Both the position numbers and the translations under genes were made by a program. A stretch of DNA of 63,953 bases, counting the filler, from Dirinaria sp. TL-2023a (taxonomy: Eukaryota), in assembly GCA_051941275.1 (NCBI GenBank). It is 6 parts of 6 records of this genome, joined end to end, with 100 filler letters (N's around TTAATTAATTAA, not from the genome) between each part and the next. Parts side by side here need not be neighbours in the genome. Positions count along the whole stretch, not along the records: positions 10,693 to 21,280 come from JAVEBF010000922.1; positions 21,381 to 31,968 come from JAVEBF010000923.1; 4 more parts are not named here. One strand, 5' to 3'. Below are positions 11,319 through 23,902 of the stretch, piece by piece. The first letter of the stretch is position 1. Each line of letters opens with the position of its first letter. The notes beneath the pieces were generated by a model that had not been told where the DNA came from, did no database searches, and saw only the letters and a list, made by a program, of their open reading frames with translations.

Positions 11319-12300
11319 ATGCCCTTTGACAGCACGGCAACTAGTGAGCAGGTGTTCGCGGCCTTTGCTCCATTCGTTCAAGATCGCACGTTCGTCATCA
11401 CCGAGGTTGGAAAGCCTTCTATCGAAAGCTCCATGGCTATAGAGCTTGTCAAAGCCCCATCAGCACATGTCCTCATCGCATTCAGGATCGCTATCAAGGT
11501 TGATCTTGTTTTGTCAACAGCCCGTGGACTCAACCCCGCAGTCAAGGCAACCTTTGTTCAGGTGGACTTATCCGATCACAATTCAGTGCGATCAGTCGCC
11601 TCCGGGATAGCGACTGCGATTGAAAACAAAACTTGAAGTTATCATCAACAGCGCTGGAAACATGGCCTTGAAGGAATACACATTCGACAAACAGGGCATC
11701 GAGATGCAATTGTCGGCCAACCACGTTGGACACTTCTTACTGACGAACCTTCTCACAGCTGCTCTCTTAAATAGCGCTAAAGGTCCACATGGAGCCCGCA
11801 TTGGCAATTTCTCTAGCGCAGGTTACCAGATCTCTCCTGTTCGCTTTAAAGATCATTCATTCTCGGACGGTAAAGCATATGACCCTTGAACGCTTACAGG
11901 CAAGCCAAAGCGGCTAAGATCCTTTTCACCTACGGTTTGATCGACCGACACAAGCAGCAAGGAATTATCTCGTTCGCTTGCCAACGGGTATCTAACTTTG
12001 ATACCAAGCTGGGCACCCACCTAAACATCGACGACTATCTCGATATTGTGCCGTTGACAAAGCGCAACATAGGCAAAGACTTCCTTTCAGTGTTGGAGAT
12101 GAGCTAAGAATCAAGACTTACGAGCAGATCGGCGCCACTCCTCTGATTGCCGCCCTCGACCCGGATCTCACTACGCAGGCTCCCGCTTACTTACAAAACA
12201 ATCAGGTTGTGCAGCCTGCCGTCGAGCATGCATATGACCCCGAGCACGTGGAAAAATGCTGGCAGCTAAGTGAGGGAGTTGTCGGCTAGGAGTTCAAACC
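11319..12300 (+). pseudogene. Short-chain dehydrogenase/reductase (retinol dehydrogenase-like) pseudogene
   Basis: SDR motifs VDLSD, IINSAGNM, QLSANHVGHFLLTNLL, AYRQAK and CWQLSE. Frameshift near 11620-11636, in-frame TGA at 11887 (YDP*), TAG near 12287, and a degenerate Rossmann motif (TEVGKPSIES). Confidence 0.8.
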
Positions 12301-13415
12301 CCGAGTCCTGGGTCGACCGCGGTGTATCAACACCGATCCATATCTAGAATCTCTTGAGTGTGATCAGCAAGCAAAGGTATGGACCACCAAGCGTCTTAGA
12401 CCACTAGAGCTCTGATTGAAGCCGACGAAGTATTGCCCAGTAGCCACAGCAACAAAAATCTTTCTGTGCGTGCCCCTAAATGCTCCAAAATGTATGAACA
12501 GAATGTGAATTGCAGCCCAATCAAAGTACTGACCGTGAAGTATCGCGTCTCGCTTCCAATGCAACCGTTCAACAACTATTTATGTAAGCGGGGTCGAGAG
12601 CCAGACAATTGATGTTCGGCCGCAACAATTTCTCGTGGGCTAAAGGGTGAGCGGAAACCAGAAAGGTGGCACTGCACCGATCTGCTAGTACCGCCTTGAC
12701 TCTACACCTTCAAGCCCAATCGTTTCGCCTAGACCACGAGTCCATCAGTCTACATCAATTAAAGCGGAGACGCAGTATTTGTAAAATTTGCGGGTTCGTG
12801 GACTCGCTGCAGCTTTCCATCCCGATTCACGCGGTTAAGCGTCAGGGCATGTAAGGTGTGGTAATGCAAGTCAATCGATTCAGCAGCCTGGGTGCCTTCG
12901 ATGACAGAAATAAGGAAACAATTGCCGGTTTGGACATGACCGCATATGCATGAAATCAGAAATGGTGATCAGAAATGGTGATTCCAATTGAGGCATCGTC
13001 CATTGCCGGCCAGTCGTGCTGCAGCATTAAAAGTAGCTTGGCTACCTTAGGAGGGAGTGTCTCGATCCCTCGGCCTATAGTGCCATCGAAGTTATCCACA
13101 CGTCTGTGCAGTTAGCTGATCGAGGCTCGGCACCATGTCGACCCTTTCTTCACCGAGTTGAAAACATTCGCTCTCATTTACCTCGAAATGCAAGGTTATG
13201 GAGAATGACAGCCTAGATGCAGGCGCAAATACGATCGTTAACGGTCCCGGATTCAGCTTAGTCATCCATGCCATCATTGCCCCTCTTTGCCTTGGTACGA
13301 GTATACGGACTTTGCTCTTCCAATTGCCTGTTATCTGCTTTCATCCCTGGCAAAGTACGGTATTTCAGAACGAATTCCACGCGCTACTGTCCATAAAGAC
13401 AAATTCTTAAGGGTC

Positions 13416-16400
13416 ATGGGCTCCGAAATACGACTGCGGCCCTGCACAAGGCCCGCCTGCAAAAGTCGCCCCGATGATCCTACCACTGGCTCATGCTGCG
13501 ACGGTATGCTCATTGTCCTGCTTCATTTGGATTTGTATTGATGCCTCATAGAGCACTGTCTCAAGACCATCGCGCAAACCACAGTCAAGCACAGTATCAG
13601 CAGTCCTGACGATGCGGGTCGATCAAATAGCATTATTGGAGTGGAACGATCTCTGGCACAATGGAAAGCAGCGCTCGAGCGAGCAGAGTGTTTGTGCACC
13701 CAGATGCTCAAAATGGGATTCCCTTCCTGCTGTACTACACGCGCTCCTGAAGCGTCTCCTACACAATGGCATGCAATGGCAACTGCAACGAAATGCAGCT
13801 CCAATACAAGCCTCGAAAGCACCCAAAAGCTGGCGTCGGAGGCTAGAACTAGCTGTGCACAGGCATGCTGCTCTTCAACCACTGCAGAGGTAGGTTGTTC
13901 CTCCACATCTGTCCGGAATACCTGTTGTTCCTCTCCTTGCAAGGCCACGAGTACCCAATGCCCCACCCCAGCGTCTACTACCAAGGCCAGCTGCCTTCCT
14001 ACTTCCAATATCAACGCGCCTGAGCCTCAGACCGACCACCGCAGTGGTTATCTCGAGCAGAATCAATATTTGGTCCGTCACCAAAGCCTCGTGCCTTCCC
14101 AAATTGATATCGAGAGAGGCACTGTGGAGCAACATGCTGTAGTCCATATCTCCGGCATGACATGTACTGGATGCGAGCGGAAGCTTCAGTCCGTCCTCTC
14201 CAGTATCGCCGGTGTTCGCAACGTTAAAACCAGTCTTGTTTTGGGTAAGGCAGAATTTGATGTTGATGCAGGGTTGTCCATCACCGAGGTCGCATTGATG
14301 CTGGAAAGAAAAACTGATTTCAAATGCGTTGTTCCTCGGGAAGGCCATCAACTCGAGGTAATCATGCCAAAACGACCGTCCTCTCGAACTGTGAGGCTAG
14401 GAACCACGGTGTTGGCCCCAGAGAAGGATTCTGCAATGGTCACTCAAGGTCTGGCCGGCCCTGGCTATCCTCCTGGAGTGGATCGAATTGAGATCATCGA
14501 TGGCAATGGCCGAGCGTGGAAGGCTAAGACAGATAACAACAACCTAAGGAAATGTTTGACTTGCAAGGCGTTTGCTCCCAAGGGGAACAGGCATAATGCC
14601 CGTATAATGTACAACCCTCGTGTAGTTGGAGCTAGAGATTTATTGGAGAAAGAATTCGGCGCTCCATTGTCACTAGCTCCGCTCAGTTCCAACCACCTCA
14701 CTGCTACTGCAAAGGACCACCTTCATCAAACACTTTACATGACAATACTGTCAGCAGCTCTAACGATACCTGTTCTCGTTATGGCTTGGGCTCCACTCCC
14801 CCCTCGTAAAGTCGCATTTGAGTCTAGTTCGCTTGTGCTAGCAACTCTAGTGCAATGTCTCATTGCAGGCCCATTTTATCCGAAAGCTCTTAAGGCTTTA
14901 CTGTTTTCTGGTATGATCGAAATGGACCTTCTGATCGTCATCAGCACTACTGCAGCGTATGTCTACTCAGTGGTAGCTTTTGTCTACGATATCAAAGGTC
15001 AGCCATTGCCTACCGGAGGATTTTTTGAGACTAGCACTCTTTTGGTCACACTCATAACGTGTGGTCGACTTGCAAGCGCCTACTCTCGTCGAAAGGCCGC
15101 GGACTCCGTTTCAATTCAAGCGCTACAGCCTTCGACGGCACTTCTATCTGAAGATGGAGATGAGAGAATTATAGATATTCGCGCCTTTCAGTATGGCGAT
15201 TTATTCAAGGTCCCATCAGACAGCGTCATTCCTACAGACGGTACTGTTGTTGCTGGCCGAACCGAAATCGACGAATCAATGATTACAGGGGAAGCAATTC
15301 CGGTGCCCAAATCCATTGGCTCCCAAATCACGGCTGGTTCTGTGAACGGGCCAGGCCCGGTTCTAGCTCGGTTGACGAAGTTGCCTGTTGATAATACTAT
15401 TAGCAGGATTGCACGCATGGTTGATGAAGCCAGACTATCGAGACCCAAAGTGCAGGAGACCGCCGATCGAGTAGCCTCTTACTTTGTGCCCTGTATCCTT
15501 GCCGTCACCCTTGCAATCTTTGCAATTTGGGTTGCTGTGGGGATTGCGTTGCGACACTCGTCCAACTCAGATGCGATAGTTACGGCAACCACCTACGCCC
15601 TCGCGGCATTGATTGTGTCTTGTCCTTGTGCTATAGGGCTCGCTGTACCAATGGTGATAGTCATCGCCAGCGGAGTTGGGGCCAAGAATGGCGTGATTTT
15701 CAAGTCGACAGAAGCAATTGACAAGTCCAGAAACGCTTCTCACGTTGTCTTTGACAAGACAGGTACCCTCACGCAAGGGAAGTTTGTCGTAGTAGAGGAG
15801 ATCTATCCGGCTGATGATCGCAATCGAGCAGCTTCAATAGCTCTGCAATTGACTTTGAGAAGTAAACACCCGGTTGCCAGTGCTCTAGCAGCGCATCTTG
15901 AGTCCTACAATAATATTCCCTTGAAACTGACAAACGTTTCGTCAGTCATTGGAAAAGGTATGGAAGCAAATTTCGAGGGTCAGCTGGTGCGAGGCGGCAG
16001 TCCCTTCTACGTGGACGCTGCCGAAGACTTCCAAGTCCAACGCCTCCAGTCGGAAGGTTTGACCGTATTCTGCATTCGCCATGGATCGGCCATTGTAGCA
16101 ATCTACGGTCTCCGCGACTCTCTCCGTACCGATTCTGCAGCTGTCGTCTCTGCGCTGCAAGCCCGAGGTCTCTCCGTCTCCATCGTCAGCGGCGATTCCA
16201 CTACCGCGGTGGAACGACTGGCAACAGAGCTTCATGTACCCCTTTCGCACGCCAAAGGGCAGTGTGCTCCTGAAGATAAAGCTCGCTATATCACCTTGCT
16301 CTCCGCTACGACAACCCAGCACAGAAGCAAAGCCCCTACTGTCACCACCATCTTCTGCGGCGACGGTAGTAACGACGCTGTGGCTCTCGCTCAAGCCGAC

Positions 16401-16703
16401 ATCGGCATCTACATGGCTGGTGGCACCGAGATGGCGAAGAATGCTGCCGACGTTGTACTGACGCAGCCGGCGCTGGGTGGTCTCCTAGCCGCCATAGATC
16501 TTTCGCGCGCGTCCATGCGGCGGGTTTATTTTAATTTCATTTGGTCATTTGTCTACAATCTCTTCGCCATTCTTCTGGCTGCCGGCGCGTTCGTGACAGT
16601 GCGAATAGCTCCCGCGTACGCTGGGCTTGGAGAGCTTGTCAGCGTGTTACCAGTCATTCTGGTGGCGATGCAATTACGATGGATGAGGTTTCGATCAACA
16701 TAG
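13416..16703 (+). CDS. P1B-type heavy-metal-translocating ATPase, PCA1-like (Cu/Cd) with Cys-rich N-terminus
   Basis: HMA motif GMTCTGC, TGE, TM CPC, DKTGTLT, HP and GDGSND. Exon 1 (13416-13503) and an intron (13504-13551) join in frame to the 13641 ORF, giving GSCCDEHCL. Confidence 0.93.
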
Positions 16704-17548
16704 TAGCGGACGAACAAAGGCGGATCCTAACTCTAGTGACGTTCTGGCGACTTCAACTTTTGGCCTGCGGGGACCATCAGTGGGATCGCCGGTGGGAGTA
16801 GATCTCGGACACCTTTGTCGTAGTTTTATCCTACAGCATCCGGCTTCTTATTGTCCATATTTTGCTGGCCTAAGCTTGAAAATGATGGAAATCATGGCAG
16901 CATTAGAGAGAGCTCATTTGCTATGAAACTGCAGAGCAAGAAATACACAATGTTTAGACGCAATCACTGCAGACATTACCGTGACACTTCAAATATCTAG
17001 AAGCTACGAATAAACCAGATTTTCCAACAGAAACTAGTATTGAATGAAAAGCCGTGTCACACAACGGTATATTATTGAGGAAGTTTTACGGGTCGCCAAA
17101 ACTCCATGTCCCTGTAGGGCTGGTTCTGATGGTGGAACATCAATCGTTGAAAGCAATCGAAATTAATCCTTCTACCCAGTTCCACTCGGAAATGGCAGAT
17201 GCTTCATTACGTCTATCTTCTGAAGAAAAAAACTCTGGAGTTGGCAGTTGCTCTGTAGTCAGAATCTTGGAATCATTTCCAAAAATTGGGAATCGAAAAT
17301 TGGTTCCAGAGTTGATTCTTGATTCCCGTCACTACAGAGGACAACTGTGTTCGCGGTAATATGCATCCAATAGCCGCCTAGTGGGAGATATTACCCGTTT
17401 GGCTAAGGTAGCCCGATGGCGCGAGCCCAGTCGGGAATCGCAAATTCAAGTTTCGAATCAATACCACAGAGCCTGTATTTACATCGCGAAAGGCAAGAAT
17501 GTTTTCTCCTCGTATTGACAACTGAAGTGTTTAGATGTTGTCAGTCAA

Positions 17549-18178
17549 ATGCATCTCAAAGCTCGGTGCCAAACATCAGTAACGGCACTAATGGTCTTAC
17601 TGCTTTTCAACACCGTTATAGCTACCGTCCTACCGGACTTCGGGTATGGCCGCAAAAGCGTCGACAACCACAACCTCGACACGCGCGAGATAGGAGTCAG
17701 CGCTGGGAACAACCCTCTCGATGGAGGTCTTATCACGTCGTCGCCAGAAACCAGCTTGAAGGGTCACCAGCATGCCACTTCTGCACTTAGCCGTCGTGGC
17801 CGCCCTGCCCCCGGGCTGACTTATCGCTTCTACAAAATGTATATCGTCAACCCTGTGTCGGCTGAAGCTGAAAAGATGGTGGAGGATTTCTGGAGCGCCT
17901 TCGTTTCCTACCAGAAAGCGGTCTCGAAACTCGAAGAAGCCGATCACCCACCCTATTCCAACCTCACTTTGGGCTATGGCCGTTTAACCCTCTCATTGAC
18001 CTGCTCTAATCCTTTGCATTCGGACGACGTGAGAGAAATATTGAGTTTTCTCTTGTTCATGGCAATCATGCGCTGGGCAGCCTTGTTTAGTGCTGTGTTT
18101 TGGGCCTTAAATGGAGCGGTTATTGCAGTAATATTTACAACCTGGCCCGGGAATCCGCAGCAACTTTTGGTTGGGTAA
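17549..18178 (+). CDS. Hypothetical secreted/membrane protein
   Basis: 209-aa ORF with a signal-like N-terminus (ALMVLLLFNTVIA) and a hydrophobic C-terminal region; no recognised family. Confidence 0.55.
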   Translation: MHLKARCQTSVTALMVLLLFNTVIATVLPDFGYGRKSVDNHNLDTREIGVSAGNNPLDGGLITSSPETSLKGHQHATSALSRRGRPAPGLTYRFYKMYIVNPVSAEAEKMVEDFWSAFVSYQKAVSKLEEADHPPYSNLTLGYGRLTLSLTCSNPLHSDDVREILSFLLFMAIMRWAALFSAVFWALNGAVIAVIFTTWPGNPQQLLVG

Positions 18179-19433
18179 ATGCAGCCCACGCTCAGCTGCC
18201 TTTGGTCGTGATCAATACGCTTTTGCTCTAACTCTGAGCTCCTCCTCCGACCCGAATTTGACTTGGTGCACGCAGCCGAGGCTAATTTAATTATTGTTTT
18301 GGAAATAAAGATGGGGGATGGTATATGCAGACAGCTGTCCCAAGCATATGTGGACACCTTCAGCAGTATAGCGGAGACGTCAATTTGCAACTCCGGATGC
18401 TGGCTCCTCCTCGAGGCTACACCAGCACTGTGAGACTTTTCCATCCCCTTCAGCTCAGCATCAAGGTAGAGCTTACGTTGTTAGAAGATGCTCGCGAAAG
18501 ATTGCGTTGCCGCTTGGAAGCCTATTCGGAGTAGGCTTACGAGCGCAAATAGAGCTGCTTGTGGAATACCTTGAGAAATGAATCGGGTCATTAATATTGG
18601 AAGACTTCGATTTTTACGCCGGAAAGCGTCATTTACGGGCTATCACTACACATTCAAGGCGAATTCTATGCGCACAATATGACGTTCGTTTAGCAAAGAA
18701 ATCTTGTCTTCCTGAATCGTTTCTTTCAATTTTTACATCGATACCTTTCAAATCTGTCGCCCTCAGACTCTGCGAGCAATTCTTCTGTCATATTTTCCCC
18801 TCGTGGTATGATAAGGACACTGTTTCCTTACTGGCAACTTCTATCATAAAGTCTTCTTGAAGCTTTCCTGTTAGAGCTTCTTTCCACCATGTACAAGCTA
18901 GCACTGTTGATCGAATATTCCACGCTGGAAACGTACTACGGAACAATCAAATGTGTAGAGGAGGATTTCTTGCCGTCCATGTACACGGGAGGGAGTCAAC
19001 CACACGATGACTGCCGCTAACTCGCAACAAACTGTAGGTATCTCAGGGATTATGCAGGTGTGAGATATAAATCAATAGGTAAATGATTGTACGAGACACC
19101 TACTTCATTGTATAATTTTGCCGCACCTCAATCCTAGGGTATACGGCCACTGCGAAGTACATTGCAGTCGCCTATACGCCGTATGAGGACTCCGGACTCT
19201 TCGGAGTACCTCGGTCGGTATCAATTCGTCGTGCAAATACCCGGTGTGTGCACGTAATATGGAGACTGCGGATATGCATGACCCTGAAAACCGCTCCAGT
19301 GTTTTTTGGAAGCAGTCAGAACAGCATCCAAAGAGAAATCTTTCCAATGCAGACGCTTTTCTTAGTCCCCGCTCTATCCACTCCCCGCACGAGCTTGCTC
19401 ATTACACACGATAATTGACGACTACAACAGAAA

Positions 19434-20186
19434 ATGACCTCGATACCAAAGATCCTCAGGACCATGTTATTACTCATTCTCCCTCTTCCGACACTTCAGG
19501 TGGACATCGCACAATACTGGTGGTTCGGAGGCATGAAATACTTCCAGGGGCTAATAACCGTACGCTGGAACAACGTACCTCCAGGGACCTGCTGTAAGCC
19601 GGCCCCATGGCAGCTTCCCTCCCTGGAAAACCACAGCGCAGGCGTGACTCGCTTTTTTGACCTACTACAAAACCAATTCGGCGCTGGGTGGGCTGCCACG
19701 GGTACTGGCAACCAGGATATCATCAACTGCACTGGCGCACCGATCTTGCGCGTCTTTGGTCCAACTCCGAATGAAGGTGATAGTATCGATGTGTATAATC
19801 CACCTGCGGGCCAGGAGCTCGAGGGTGCTCCACAGAACGTGGTCTTTGCTGCCTCGTGGATCGACCTTCGAGTGAGATTCCCACCCAATAGTGCTGGGTC
19901 GAGGTATCTGGGATGGCAGGGCGTGAACCGCGCTGTATGGGGCAAAGATGCATGGAACGCAGGCTCGAATGGAGTCCCTTTTCCAAGAAAGAAGCGGAGC
20001 CGTTATGGAACTGACAGGCTCAATAGCTATGCGCAGCAAGGCACTGCATACATATCGGCGCCGGCGCGGTGGGCCTATCCCAGTGTTTACACAACCAATG
20101 GGACAGATTATATGGATCAGGGGAATGGAACTTATGTGAATAAATACGGCACAGTGTTGGATCTTGAAAGCTTTGGGGGTCGATGA
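19434..20186 (+). CDS. Hypothetical secreted protein
   Basis: 250-aa ORF with a signal-like N-terminus (MLLLILPLPTLQ), GTCC motif, Trp/Gly/Asn-rich composition and an internal RKKR site. Confidence 0.65.
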   Translation: MTSIPKILRTMLLLILPLPTLQVDIAQYWWFGGMKYFQGLITVRWNNVPPGTCCKPAPWQLPSLENHSAGVTRFFDLLQNQFGAGWAATGTGNQDIINCTGAPILRVFGPTPNEGDSIDVYNPPAGQELEGAPQNVVFAASWIDLRVRFPPNSAGSRYLGWQGVNRAVWGKDAWNAGSNGVPFPRKKRSRYGTDRLNSYAQQGTAYISAPARWAYPSVYTTNGTDYMDQGNGTYVNKYGTVLDLESFGGR

Positions 20187-21280
20187 CACAGGCTAGAGAT
20201 GTCAATTTTGTGGCCGTGCTAGGTCGTGATTCAGAGTGATCCCGTTTGCTTCTAAAGCAAAGGCTGAAACGGTCAGATATGCTAGCTAACTTTCTGGGGG
20301 GGGGAAGAAAGATTAGATACGGGGACCGTCCCTAAGCGAGAGCACAACGCGGGCTCCAACGAATAGTATTCCCAGCCGTAATTGATAAGCTGATACCGCT
20401 TCAAATAACGACAACATTTCCTCACAAAGTGCAAGCAAAATGAGAGAGCGACCTTGGATCATCGGATTGATTCTCTGCGCTGTCACAACCGCAGCGTGAA
20501 TGACTACCACACGGCGCGTGTTCCACCGATTATTTAATTGCCGGAACCAAAGATTCCTTCTCGCAATATAAAATAGCACTCAGAATCGAAATATTTCTCG
20601 ATCGTGTTTCATACAGCGACAGCCTCTTCGACAACAATGTTTGAACGAGGCGAGCCGGCCCTTTTTAGCCCTTGGTAAGTTTTTATGATCAACCTTTCGA
20701 TCAAAGTCTTGCACAACCTAGGCATACGTGGAAGCGCACGGGGTTATAGAATCTATACCAGCCCAACTGCTGAATTCAAGCTCCCTGCCTCAATGGGCAC
20801 GTCAATTGCTGGTCATTCATGTGCAAATCGATTTCGTATCATGTCTGTCGTGAGCGGGATCTATTATCCTTTGCTGCCAGCAATTGAGAGCTCATAGCCA
20901 CGATCAAAGTCGGAGATGATGGCTTCAAAGTCCATCACACGATTCACGACGGCATTATTGAACGCGCGCGTGTTAGATCGCCTACAGTCAAACCCGGCTC
21001 TCAAGAAGTCGCAAAAAACAAAACCTCAAGCGCGCGAGGTAGAGAAAAGCACGCAAAAACATGCGCTCTCTGCAACCCACCAGCGACAATTCGCTCAAGC
21101 AACCTTACTTTTGAAAAATGAAAAAAGAGAGCCGCAATAAATAAACCAAAAAAGACATGATGAACCAAGAAATTTACCTACACTACCACACTCAAAAAAT
21201 ATGATCCAAATTTTACTATCCATCCTCATGCTCCTCCCTCCATACACCATCATCATCCACGCAACCCCCCCTCTCAATAC

Positions 21281-21380
21281 NNNNNNNNNNNNNNNNNNNN
21301 NNNNNNNNNNNNNNNNNNNNNNNNTTAATTAATTAANNNNNNNNNNNNNNNNNNNNNNNNNNNNNNNNNNNNNNNNNNNN
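21281..21380. other. Artificial contig linker
   Basis: N + TTAATTAATTAA + N. Confidence 0.98.
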
Positions 21381-21393
21381 GAAGAAGGGCGCT

Positions 21394-23312
21394 TCAGAAT
21401 TCCCACTCTTCACTCCTACCCCCACCACCGCCCTGTTTCTTCGCCGCATGGAAACTAACAGCCTCATCACCGCTCTCATCTCCGAACCCCCAAGTCCGAG
21501 CTCCCGCACCCTTTTTTCCACCCATGCCGTCCCCCGCGCTTTTAATACCGATATTCTTCGCGCCCATCGTGGTAGGGAAATTCTCCTTTCCATGCTTCGG
21601 CACCGGGTCCGCGGCTTCCCATTGAGCCTCCATGGTTTTGACGGCTTTGCTCCGGTTCTCCGGGATGGGTTTCTGCTTGCCTTCGGCGTTGTTGTTCATG
21701 GACGACGGGGACGGCTCGTTCGTCATGCTGAAGTGGGCATCGAAGTCCTTGCCTCGCGATTGCAGGTTCGTGACGGGCGCGAGCGGGTGATTTCTCCTGC
21801 CCGTTTCCGTTGCGGGCTGCTGGCCGTCGGCTTCGTGGTCGCTTGAGCCAAACAGGTTGTCTTGGTACAGGCCCATGCCGTGGGTTTTGACGTTGCCCCG
21901 CGGCTGGCCTGCTGGACGCCGTTCGCCGGCTGGTGTGCCGTCGTCTTGGAACTCGAATTGGGCTTTCGCGTCTGGCCGTGGCTTGGATACGGCTGGGGCG
22001 TCTTTCGTCGGAGAGCCCATGGCGGGCTCATCGTCACTCCATCCGAAATGACGCTCGTCGGCGGGACGGCGCTTTGTGGGCAGCTTTTGTGGCGTCGCGA
22101 AGTCATCGAAGTCCCATTGGGATTGATGCTTGGTTTTGGGCTTCCCCGGCTGTGGTGCACCCTGAGTAGGCTGTTCTTCATCACCGTGACCAAACTCAAA
22201 ATGATTGTATTTTTGAGGGTGCGGCTTCAAGAGCTTTTCGCCGTTCGCCTGCGGTGTACCGCGCGTCTCATTGCCGATGTTCTCGAACAACCGCATGGGC
22301 TGGAAATTCTTCCCTGCGCCTGTCTTAGGCGCGACCGGACCAGGCGAAGTGATGTTCTTTAGAGGCGAAGAAGGCTTGTCCTTAGAGGCAGGGGAGGCAT
22401 CCGACTCGTGACCTACGAATAGATCATGATAGTCGCGAGGCTCTGGTTTAGCTGATTGCGCTTTAGGCATCTGTCGGTTCTCCTTCTGTGGCGAGGCTGG
22501 TCTGGGAGGCGCAGACTCCTCGCCAGCAAAAAGGTCGCCATAATCGCGTGGCGGTGGACGGGCTGAGGCCCGTGGAGCAACTACAGATTGACGCGGAGAC
22601 GCTTCATCATCTGCCTCGTCTCTGGGAGCGAACAGCGCCAGACTAGCGTGCGGGTCGCGAGTCACATTTGTATGATTGCGGGATCTTGATCCTTTGCTGG
22701 GACTGGTCTCTCGGACTCCTCCATTCGTAGTAGCAGGCTTGGCAGTAGTATTGCTTTGATGAGCAGACGCCGCGCTCGAAGCGATCAGGCGTGCCTGATC
22801 TTTGCCGTCGCGAATTGGCCAGCTTCTTGCTCTGGCGCCAATTATCTCCACCTGCTTGAGAAGTGATCCCTGGTCCCAATTCAAGCGGATGCTCTGTATT
22901 TTCTGGTTCGCATCGAAGTGGACGATGTGGATCTGGGTAGAGAGGCTTGTTAGCTTGCTTTTCAAGTTCGATGCAGTGCCATAATGAGTTAGACACTCAC
23001 AATTGGGAAGATCACAACGCGATCGGCTAGAAAGTTCTCCTCTACACCGGGTAGATATGCTCCGCCGCCAATGAGGAACTCCAACGTGGTCTCAATTTCC
23101 AAGCAGAGTGCGTCATTTCCCTCGACGGCGCTAAGGATCTTCTCTTCCTTCTTCTTCAAGACTTTCTGATGAGCCGCGAAGTGCTTAACGACTGCAGCGC
23201 GGCTCTTGATGGTGGTGAGGGTGGTGATATAATCGAGAGACGCTTCGTCGTTCAATGGAGCTCCATCGGGGTTCGATAGAAAACTCTGGTATGCGGCCTT
23301 CAGCGACGACAT
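21394..23312 (-). CDS. Conserved fungal protein with N-terminal NTF2-like domain and long disordered tail
   Basis: Exon 1 (MSSLKAAYQSFL..GGGAYLPGVEENFLADRVVIFPI) splices across an intron near 22935-23000 to IHIVHFD..IRLNWDQGSLLKQVEIIG..WPIRDG. The tail has QWDFDDF and WGFGDES motifs. Confidence 0.8.
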
Positions 23313-23902
23313 GGTTTTGATTGCTGTTCGACTAGACGCGTGTGATATGTGCTGCAGGCAACCTGGTAGGAAAGTAGTGTTTGTTTAATGCAGGTGGAGT
23401 CCTTGGCGAAAACGAAACCCCGTTGCCCATGCAACGGCCAGCACCTGCTAGGATGAGCGATGCAGAGCCCCAAAAGCGACCTTTGTATTTTCTACGGAAT
23501 TGAGTGATGTGTTTGATCGTGCTATTATTGCCCGTAAACACCTTGATGTGTTTTGCAACATACAGCGGCCCCTCTCGACACTGCCGACCTTTACGGGAGG
23601 GGAAACGCGACTGAGACGCGAACTTGCACGTGACTCTTCAGGGGCAGGAGTAAGGCCTTAAGGCGATGTACACAGACGCAGAACTAAAAAGTAAGGTATT
23701 TTACATGCTCATATGGCTGTATTCCAAAATCTCAAAAGATGAACATGTTTGAGTTATACCATACACCATGGCTTGCGGGGTATTATCTGCAATTACATAA
23801 GGTCAAATGAGAAACGACCCTATATAGGAGAACTAGTTCGTCACCACTCGTCAAGGCACTTCAGATCACGAAGAACTCGTTGTCAATTAAGCGAACGATG
23901 GA

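Noticed and set aside
10693..16703. SDR and metal ATPase as members of the RiPP cluster (reductase; copper supply for DUF3328)
   Set aside because: They lie across an artificial linker on an unrelated contig, and the SDR is a pseudogene.
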